Below, piece by piece: positions 20,433 through 28,264 of a DNA stretch of 64,000 nucleotides. Each line of letters begins with the position of its first letter. The first letter of the stretch is position 1. Position numbers and translations under genes: made by a program. Origin of the DNA: an uncultured Actinomycetota bacterium. GTDB taxonomy: Bacteria > Actinomycetota > Actinomycetes > Actinomycetales > CAWJMD01. The stretch covers positions 43,014 to 107,013 of the forward strand of contig CAVVQA010000003.1 in assembly GCA_963750285.1 (NCBI GenBank). Reading direction: 5' to 3'. The notes under the pieces were generated by a model that saw only the letters and a list, made by a program, of their open reading frames with translations, was not told where the DNA came from and searched no databases.

Positions 20433-23400
20433 TCAGCCGGTCGTCGACCAGACCAGCCGGGACGCGTGGGCGCCGTCCAGGGCGACCCAGACGTCGTTGT
20501 GCTCGAACGCCAGCCGGACCCTCAGCACCCGCCCGGCGGGGATGGTCTGGTTGACGGTGCCGACCTGCAGCGTGCGGTCCTCCCAACCGAGCCCGGGGCT
20601 CCAGCGGTCGACGTGCACGTCGTCGGCGGTGGCCAGCCGGACGCACGACGTTCCGGCCGCGTTGCAGCTGTACAGCCAGATCGAGTAGTCCACGTGCTCA
20701 CCGCCGAGGTCGAACTTCGCCGTCCGGCTCGACAGCTCCAGCCGCACCGGTCCGTCGAGCGCCAGTCCTCCGGCGGGCACCGTGTAGTCCCAGTCGTGGA
20801 ACCGCTCGACCTGGTCCTCGTCCTCGTCCATGCTGCTCTTCTCGATGGTCAGCCCCGGTGCCCCGTCGCCGTCCCAGTCCCCGGCCGCACCGGGCGCAGT
20901 CGGTGAGAGCGCCCCGGGCGTCCCCTTCCGGCTGCCGATCAGGAACAGCGCCTGCTGTGTCGGCGGCGCGGCGGTCACCGTGATGACGACGGTGCCGGTG
21001 CTCGGACGCGGCGCCGTCCGAGACGGTGTAGGTGAAGGTCCGCACCCCGGGGCTCGGAGGCGTCCAGGTGAAGGTGCCGTCGCTCGCCACCGTCACCTCG
21101 GGCGAGTCGTCGGCCGTGACCGTGAGGACGTCGCCGTCCTCGTCGCCGTCGTTGGCCAGCAGGTCGCCGGTGAGCGGTTGGCCCGCCACCACGGTGAAGC
21201 CGTCGTCGGCGGCGGTCGGGGCGTCGTTGACGGGGGTGACGGTGATGGTGACGGTCGCGGTGGAGGTGTCGCCGTCGGGGTCGGTGACGGTGTAGCCGAC
21301 GGTGTCGGTGCCGTTCAGGTCCGAGGCGGGGGTGTAGGTCAGGGTGCCGCCGGTGAGGGTGGCGGTGCCGCCGGTGGGTGCGGTGGTGATGGTGGTGGTG
21401 AGGGTGTCGCCGTCGGGGTCGGTGTCGTTGGTGAGCACGTCGACGTCGACGGGGGTGTCCTCGGTGGTGGTGGCGGTGTCGTCGGCGGCGGTCGGGGCGT
21501 CGTTGACGGGGGTGACGGTGAGGGTGGCGGTGGCGGTGGAGGTGTCGCCGTCGGGGTCGGTGACGGTGTAGCCGACGGTGTCGGTGCCGTTCCAGTCCGG
21601 GTCGGGGGTGTAGGTCAGGGTGCCGCCGGCCATGGTGGCGGTGCCGTGGGCCGGTGCGGTGGTGATGGTCGCGGTGAGGGTGTCGCCGTCGGGGTCGGTG
21701 TCGTTGGCCAGGACCGCGAGGTCGAGAGCTGTGTCCTCGGGCGTGGCGGCGGCGTCGTCACCGGCGACCGGGGCGTCGTTGACCGGCGTGACGGTGAGGG
21801 TGGCGGTGGCGGTGGAGGTGTCGCCGTCGGGGTCGGTGACGGTGTAGCCGACGGTGTCGGTGCCGTTCCAGTCCGGGTCGGGGGTGTAGGTCAGGGTGCC
21901 GCCGGCCATGGTGGCGGTGCCGTGGGCCGGTGCGGTGGTGATGGTCGTGGTGAGGGTGTCGCCGTCGGGGTCGGTGTCGTTGGTGAGCACGTCGACGTCG
22001 GCGCCGGTGTCCTCGGTGGTGGTGGCGGTGTCGTCGGCAGCGGTGGGGGCGTCATTGACGGGGGTGACGGTGATGGTGACGGTCGCGGTGGAGGTGTCGC
22101 CGTCGGGGTCGGTGGCGGTGTAGCCGACGGTGTCGGTGCCCGACCAGTCCGGGTCCGGGACGTAGCTGAGCACCCCCGTCGCGAGCGACGCGGTCCCGTG
22201 CGCCGGCGTCCCCGCGAGCGCTGCGGTCACCTGGTCGCCGTCCTCGTCGGCGTCGTTCGCGAGCACGTCGACGTCGACGCCCGTGTCCTCCGACGTGCTG
22301 GCGGCGTCGTCACGGGCGACCGGGGCGCGGTTGGTCGGGGTCGGCTCCGGGGTCGCGGTGGCGACGGGCGTCGGCGACGGGGTGCTTCCCACGGGCACGG
22401 GCTCCGTCACCGACGGACCCGGGCGCACGGGCGCCGGGGCGGTCGTGGTCGACGGCACCGTGGTCGGTGAGGTGGTCGGTGAGGTGGTCGGTGACGTGGT
22501 CGGGGCAGGAGCCGGCGTCGGGGCGCCGGTCGGCGCGGGCGACGGGGCGTCGTCCTGCTGCACAGGCTGCTCCTCCTGGGCGGCGACCACCTCGGCCTCG
22601 TCGGCCGCCACGGGAGCCAGCCCGAGCCCGAGCAGGACCCCGGCCGCAGCGGCGGCGCCGACAGCCGCGCCGGCGACCTGGCCGAGCACCGGCGCGACGT
22701 GCGGCCCCAGGTTCGAGATCGGCTGCAGGATCGGCAGCTGGGCGAGCCAGGAGAGGGGGCCGGCGGCCCAGCGCAGTCGTCCGAGCGAGATGTTGAGGAA
22801 CGCGCGCACGATGACGGGGTCGAACTGCGTGCCGGCGCAGCGCGCGAGCTCGGCCCGCGCGGCGGTGGCAGACATCGCCCGCTTGTACGGCCGGGCCGCG
22901 GTCATCACCTCGTAGGAGTCGGCGACCGCCACGATCCGGGCGGCGAGGCTGATCTGCTGACCGGCGAGCCCGTACGGGTAGCCGCCGCCGTCGTAGCGCT
23001 CGTGGTGCTGCTCGATGGCGTGCCACCACGGGCCCAGCCACTCCTGCAGCGGCGAGCAGATGGTGGCGCCGGCGGCGGGGTGCTCGCGCAGCCGGCGCCA
23101 CTCGGCGTCGTCCGGCGCTCCCGGCTTGTTGAGCACGTCGGTGGGCACCCGCAGCTTGCCGATGTCGTGCACCAGCGCCGCCCAGACGAGCTTGTCGCGG
23201 TCGTCCGCCTTCAGCTTCATCTCGTCGGCGAGCATCGTGACGAACAGCTGGGTGCGCTCGGAGTGCCCCCGGGTGCGGCTGTCGTAGTCGCCCAGCATCC
23301 CGACCAGGGACAGGATCGTCTCGGCGGCCTGCTGTCGATCGCCGTGCACGCCGGCCCGGCGAGCGCGTTCGAGCTCGGCCGCCAGCGCCTTGGTCCCGGC

Positions 23401-23715
23401 GACCGTGCGAGCCACCTTGAAGCGCGACGGCGCCTTGTCCGGGAACAGCATCGACAGCTTGAGCAGGGTGGCCAGCGGCAGCAGGCGGCGGGTCAGCCGC
23501 TCGACCAGCAGGGCGACCACCGTCGACACCGTCAGCACGACGGTCCACTGGGTGACGACCCCGCCGAAGGTCCGCGGTGCGGGAAGTGCCCCGCTGACGG
23601 CCAGCCCGGCGGCCACGGAGGCCAGCACGGGGATCACCACGGCGGCAGCGCGGAGCAGTGCTGCGCGCACGGGGTGCGACTGCCAGCGGTCGCTGGTCTC
23701 GGGAGCAGGTGCCAC
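20433..23715 (-). CDS. Membrane HD-GYP phosphodiesterase fused to five Ig-like (Big_9/tandem-95 type) repeats and a C-terminal beta-sandwich; apparent frameshift near 21003
   Basis: Two N-terminal TM; 'HSERT', 'HDIGK', 'HHERYDGGGYPYGL', 'RIVAVADSY', 'RPYK'; third TM; Pro/Thr linker; repeats 'NDAPxAxDD...EDT...NDxDxDGD...YTP...D'; C-terminus in ORF 20433..20978. Confidence 0.85.
20975..22333 (-). repeat. Coding tandem repeats, 276-bp period (92 aa), five units
   Basis: Near-identical DNA units; the antisense ORFs at 21344, 21620 and 21896 are spaced exactly 276 bp apart. Confidence 0.9.
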
Positions 23716-23725
23716 GTCGGTGATG

Positions 23726-23790
23726 TTCGACGCGTCCGGACCCGGGCTTGAGCGCGCAGATGGTGACCTGTCCTGAGCCGTGCGAGTGAA
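23726..23790 (-). promoter_or_regulatory. Putative FliA/WhiG-like promoter plus conserved upstream box
   Basis: Minus strand: TTCAC-tcgc-ACGGCTCA (23790-23774), then CTCA-N17-GTCGAA ending 10 nt before the GTG start. Confidence 0.45.
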
Positions 23791-23916
23791 CTGTCCCCCG
23801 GCGACACCGGCCGGACGTGCGTGGGCGCGTGCCGGACCGGTCCTCGCTGCGTGACCGCCCGGCTCCGGACGCCTTGTCGCGGTGCGTCCGGACGGGCGCG
23901 GGGCTAGCGTCGGACG

Positions 23917-24381
23917 ATGCCTGACCTGCCTGCGACCACCCGCACCGTCACCCGCACGACGACCGCGACCCCCGCGCAGGTCTGGGCGGTGCTCAGCGAC
24001 GGGTGGAGCTACGCGACCTGGGTCGTCGGCGCCTCGAGGGTGCGCGAGGTCGACGCCACCTGGCCGGCGCCGGGCAGCCGGATCCACCACTCGTTCGGGC
24101 TCTGGCCGGTGCTGCTGAACGACGTCTCCACGGTGCTGGAGTCCGACACCGAGCGGCACCTGCGGCTGCAGGCCGAGGGCGACCCGATGGGCGAGGCCAC
24201 CGTCGACATCACGCTGACGCCCGAGGGCGGCGGCACGCGGGTCGAGATCCGGGAGGACGCCACCCGCGGCCCCGGCCGGCTGGTGCCGTCACCGGTGCGC
24301 CAGCTCGCGATCGTCCCGCGCAACACCGAGGCGCTGCGCCGTCTCTGCCTGGTCGCGGAGGGACGCGCGAAGGGTCACTGA
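23917..24381 (+). CDS. SRPBCC (polyketide cyclase-like) protein
   Basis: 'TPAQVWAVLSDGWSYATWVVGA...RN.EAL.RL'. Confidence 0.8.
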   Translation: MPDLPATTRTVTRTTTATPAQVWAVLSDGWSYATWVVGASRVREVDATWPAPGSRIHHSFGLWPVLLNDVSTVLESDTERHLRLQAEGDPMGEATVDITLTPEGGGTRVEIREDATRGPGRLVPSPVRQLAIVPRNTEALRRLCLVAEGRAKGH

Positions 24382-24402
24382 GCCCCTTCGTCCCGGCGGA
24401 GG

Positions 24403-25326
24403 TCAGTGGCGCCGGCGGTCCAGGCCGAGGAGACCGGCACCGGACCACGGGCCGTGCGTCGCCTCGCCGTCGGTGACCGGTGCCGGCACGTTGCCGGGAT
24501 GCGGCGCCATCGGCTCGCGGGTGAGCGCGAGCAGTCCCATCAACGGACCGACCAGGACGTCGAACACCGCGGGCAGGAGCTCGTGCCCGAGCACCATCAC
24601 CGGGTTGGCGAGACCGACGGAGGTCTCCCCGCGACGGCGTCCGTCGGCCGCGCGCAGGACCGCGCGGGCCACCTTCTCGGGCGGGTCGACGGGCACCGGC
24701 GGCCGGGCGGCGCGGCCGGTGACGTTGGCCGCCTGCGCGTACACCGGGGTGTTGGTGGCACCGGGGGCGACGCCGACGACGCGGACGCCCCGGCGGTCGC
24801 GCACCGACTGCGACAGCATCCGGGTCAGGCCGCGCACCGCCCACTTGCCCGTGCAGTAGGTGATCAGCTGCGGCACCGAGATCCGGCCGAGCACCGACCC
24901 GATCACCACGAGCACCCCGGCGTCGCGCTCGCGCATGCCGGGCAGGACGGCACGCGCCACGTTCGCCGTGCCGAGCACGTTGGTGGTGACCACGTGGTCG
25001 AACACCTCCGGCGGCACGTCCAGGAACTCGCCGAAGGCGATCAGCGCCGCGGAGTGCACGCAGACGTCGACCCGGCCGTGCTCGGCGACCACGCGGTCCA
25101 CGGCGGCGGTCACCGCGGGACCGTCGCCGACGTCGAGCACCTCGACGGTCGCCGACGCCGCGCCGCGGTCCAGGCACTCCCGCGCGGCCTCCTCGAGGGC
25201 GTCGCGGCTGCGCGAGGCCAGCACCAGGTGGGCCCCCCGCGCCGCGTAGGCGTGCGCGGTGGCGCGACCGATCCCGCTCGACGCGCCGACGACCAGGACG
25301 ACCTGGTCGCCGTCGGCGGCTGTCAC
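24403..25326 (-). CDS. SDR-family oxidoreductase
   Basis: 'GASSGIG', catalytic 'YCTGK'. Confidence 0.88.
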   Translation of the reverse strand: MTAADGDQVVLVVGASSGIGRATAHAYAARGAHLVLASRSRDALEEAARECLDRGAASATVEVLDVGDGPAVTAAVDRVVAEHGRVDVCVHSAALIAFGEFLDVPPEVFDHVVTTNVLGTANVARAVLPGMRERDAGVLVVIGSVLGRISVPQLITYCTGKWAVRGLTRMLSQSVRDRRGVRVVGVAPGATNTPVYAQAANVTGRAARPPVPVDPPEKVARAVLRAADGRRRGETSVGLANPVMVLGHELLPAVFDVLVGPLMGLLALTREPMAPHPGNVPAPVTDGEATHGPWSGAGLLGLDRRRH

Positions 25327-26507
25327 GGCTTGAGCACGACCTTGATGCAGCCGTCCTGCTTCTTCTGGAAGATCTCGTACGCCTCCGCCGCCTGCTCGAG
25401 CGGCACCTGGTGGGTGGTGAGGTCCAGCGTGCCGAGCGGGTCGGCATCGTCCAGCACCAGGGGCATGATGTCGTCGATCCAGCGCTTGACGTGGGCCTGC
25501 CCCATCCGCAGCTGCACGCCGCGGTCGAACATCTCCATCATCGGCATCGGGTCCATCTCCCCGCCGTAGACGCCGCTCACCGAGACGGTCCCGCCGCGGC
25601 GCACCGCCTTCAGCGCGGTGTGCAGCGCGGCCAGCCGGTCGATCGCCATCCTGTCCGTCATCGGTTTGGCGATCGCATCGGGCAGCAGGCCCACGAGCGC
25701 GTGGGCGGCCTTCCCGAAGGGCGAGCCGCCGGCCTCCATGCCGACCGCGTCGATGACGGCGTCAGGCCCGCGTCCGCCCGTCGCCTCGATCAGGTCGGCG
25801 GCGACGTCGTCGTGCTCACCGAGGTCGAACGGCTCGATGCCGTGCTTGGCGGCGAGCGCCAGCCGCTCGGGGACGTCGTCCACCCCGATCACGCGGGAGG
25901 CCCCGAGGTGCAGACCGATCCGTGCGCACATCTGGCCGATCGGACCGAGCCCGAGCACGGCCAGGGTCCCGCCGGCCGGGACGTCGGCGTACTGCACGGC
26001 CTGCCACGCCGTCGGCAGCACGTCGGAGAGGAAGAGGAACCGCTCGTCCGGGTGGTCCGACGGCACCGGGATGGGTCCGAAGTGCGCCTGCGGGACGCGC
26101 AGGTACTCGGCCTGGCCGCCCGGCACCTGGCCGTAGAGCTTGGTGTAGCCGAGCAGGGAGGCGCCCTTGCCCTGGTCGCGCACCTGCGTGGTCTCGCACT
26201 GCGCGAACAGCTTGCGCTCGCACATCCAGCAGCGACCGCAGGAGATGTTGAACGGCACCACCACCCGGTCGCCCGGACGGATGTGCGTGACCTCCGCGCC
26301 GACCTCCTCGACGACGCCCATCGGCTCGTGGCCGAGGACGTCGCCCGGGTCGAGGAACGGCCCGAGCACCTCGTACAGGTGCAGGTCGGAGCCGCAGATC
26401 GCCGTCGAGGTGATCCGCACGATCGCGTCGGTCGGCTCCTGCAGCACCGGGTCGGGCACGTCCTCCACCCGGACGTCCCGCTTGCCCTGCCAGGTCAGTG
26501 CGCGCAC
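25323..26507 (-). CDS. Zinc-dependent alcohol/formaldehyde dehydrogenase (MDR family)
   Basis: 'ICGSDLH', 'GHEPMG', 'CGRCWMC...C', 'GLGPIG', 'IKVVLKP'. Confidence 0.9.
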   Translation of the reverse strand: MRALTWQGKRDVRVEDVPDPVLQEPTDAIVRITSTAICGSDLHLYEVLGPFLDPGDVLGHEPMGVVEEVGAEVTHIRPGDRVVVPFNISCGRCWMCERKLFAQCETTQVRDQGKGASLLGYTKLYGQVPGGQAEYLRVPQAHFGPIPVPSDHPDERFLFLSDVLPTAWQAVQYADVPAGGTLAVLGLGPIGQMCARIGLHLGASRVIGVDDVPERLALAAKHGIEPFDLGEHDDVAADLIEATGGRGPDAVIDAVGMEAGGSPFGKAAHALVGLLPDAIAKPMTDRMAIDRLAALHTALKAVRRGGTVSVSGVYGGEMDPMPMMEMFDRGVQLRMGQAHVKRWIDDIMPLVLDDADPLGTLDLTTHQVPLEQAAEAYEIFQKKQDGCIKVVLKP

Positions 26508-26596
26508 GTGATCAGCTCCTGTCGTCGCCGTGGGGTTCCCCACCACGGTGCAACGGCGAGCCGCGTCGCGCGCGTCGGAACTGCGGTGGGCCGCGT

Positions 26597-27256
26597 CTAC
26601 GCCGGCGCGGCCACGACCCGGCCGCCGTCGAGGTGGACGGCCCGGTCGGCCGTCGCGACCACCCGCGGGTCGTGGGTCGCGACCAGCACGGCACTGCCCT
26701 CGCGCGCAGCCTCGGTGACCGCGGCCAGGACCCGGTCGACGTTGTCGTCGTCCTGGTGGGCGGTCGGCTCGTCGAGCAGGACCAGACGCGGGCGCAGGCA
26801 GAGGGCGCGGGCGACGCCGGTGCGCTGCTGCTCGCCGAGCGAGGTGAGACCCGCTGGGCGGGAGGCGATCTGGTCGAGCGCCAGTGAGTCGAGCAGGTCG
26901 GTGGGAGGCGCGACACCGGCGAGCCAGCACGGGAGCAGCGCGTTCTCCTCGACCCCGAGCTCGGCCGCGAGCCCCAGCCGCTGCGGCTGGAAGGCCACGA
27001 GCGACCACGGCGCGGAGGGCTGCACGGGCGAGCCGTCGACGAGCACGTCCCCGTGGTCGGGCCGCTCCAGCCCGAAGGCGAGCTGGCACACGGTCGACTT
27101 GCCCGAGCCGGACCGGCCGACCAGCGCGACGACCTCCCCGGCGGCCACCTGCAGCGTGACGTCGTCGAGCACCGGCCGCCCGTGCTCCCGCCGCCCGTGG
27201 GTGACGTTCTGCAGAGAGAGCGCCGCCGCGGCGCGTCCGCCGACCGCCGTGCTCAC
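26597..27256 (-). CDS. ABC transporter ATP-binding protein with divergent signature motif
   Basis: GRSGSGKS, 'TSLGEQQR', 'LLDEPT', 'ATHD'. Confidence 0.85.
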   Translation of the reverse strand: MSTAVGGRAAAALSLQNVTHGRREHGRPVLDDVTLQVAAGEVVALVGRSGSGKSTVCQLAFGLERPDHGDVLVDGSPVQPSAPWSLVAFQPQRLGLAAELGVEENALLPCWLAGVAPPTDLLDSLALDQIASRPAGLTSLGEQQRTGVARALCLRPRLVLLDEPTAHQDDDNVDRVLAAVTEAAREGSAVLVATHDPRVVATADRAVHLDGGRVVAAPA

Positions 27257-27419
27257 CGTGACATCCGTTCGCTCGGGCGCGGGCGCTGAGGGCGACGTCT
27301 CTCCTCGGCCCGCGCAGCGACTGCGTCGGCGCGTTCCTCGGTCTCTCCCTCGGCCCGCGCAGCGACTGCGTCGGCGCGTTCCTCGGTCCAGACGTCGCCG
27401 CGCCCGCTTCCTCGCTCAC
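27251..27419. repeat. Small non-coding insertion (MITE/REP-like) with internal 44-45 bp tandem duplication
   Basis: GCTCAC direct repeats at 27251 and 27414; inverted GGCGACGTCT/AGACGTCGCC at 27291 and 27390; tandem units 27297-27340 and 27341-27385. Confidence 0.65.
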
Positions 27420-28264
27420 AGTGCGTCCTCGTCGATCTCGTCCGTCGGCGGTACCAGGCGGACGACGCCGTCCTCGACCACGACCGAGGCCCGGTGGGTG
27501 GGGAACAGGGCCAGCGCCTCGGGGGGCAGCTGGACCCGTCCGGTCGGGTCGATCGCCGCCAGAGCTGCACGGCCACCGCTGCTCTCGCTCGAGAGCACGC
27601 CGTGGCGCAGGTGCAGCACCCGGTCGGCGCGCGCCACGAGCCGGGCGTCGTGGGTGGCGACGACGACCAGCCCGCCGGCGGCCGCGCGGGCGGCGAGGAG
27701 GCTGCCCACCCGGGCGGCGCTGTCGTCGTCGAGCTCGGCGGTCGGCTCGTCCGCCACCACCGCCGACGGACCGCCGAGGCACGCGGCCGCCACCGCGAGC
27801 CGCTGCTGCTCGCCCCCGGACAGCAGCGACGCGCGGACGCGAGCGCGGTCGGTCAGGTCGACCGCCTCCATCACCTGCGCGACGTCCTCGGCCCCCGCGT
27901 CGCGCTGGCGGCGCACGACGTCGAGGTGCTCGGCCGCGGTGAGGTGGCCGAGGACGGCGTGCGACGGCCGCTGGGGCACCCACGCGAGGTCGCGCCGGCG
28001 CAGCCGCCGCACGGCCGCGGCGGAGGACGTCGCGAGATCCTCACCGAGCACCTCCACCTCACCTCCGCTGGGTCGTTCACGCAGCGCGAGGAGCTGCAGC
28101 AGGCTCGACTTCCCGCTGCCCGACGGCCCGGTCACGGCGGTGAAGGTGCCGCCGCGGAACTCGGCGTCGACCCCGCGCAGCGCGTGGGTCTCGCCTGTGG
28201 CCGTGGTGTAGATCCGCACCACCCCGACGCAGCGGACGAGGCGGGGCGCTCCCGTCTCAGGCAT
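27416..28264 (-). CDS. ABC transporter ATP-binding protein (LolD-like) with C-terminal AbrB-like extension
   Basis: GPSGSGKS, LSGGEQQR, ADEPT; tail 'IDPTGRVQLP...VVVEDGVVRL'. Confidence 0.85.
   Translation of the reverse strand: MPETGAPRLVRCVGVVRIYTTATGETHALRGVDAEFRGGTFTAVTGPSGSGKSSLLQLLALRERPSGGEVEVLGEDLATSSAAAVRRLRRRDLAWVPQRPSHAVLGHLTAAEHLDVVRRQRDAGAEDVAQVMEAVDLTDRARVRASLLSGGEQQRLAVAAACLGGPSAVVADEPTAELDDDSAARVGSLLAARAAAGGLVVVATHDARLVARADRVLHLRHGVLSSESSGGRAALAAIDPTGRVQLPPEALALFPTHRASVVVEDGVVRLVPPTDEIDEDAL

Noticed and set aside
27297-27388. CRISPR-like repeat pair
   Set aside because: The units are directly adjacent, with no unique spacer and no cas genes.
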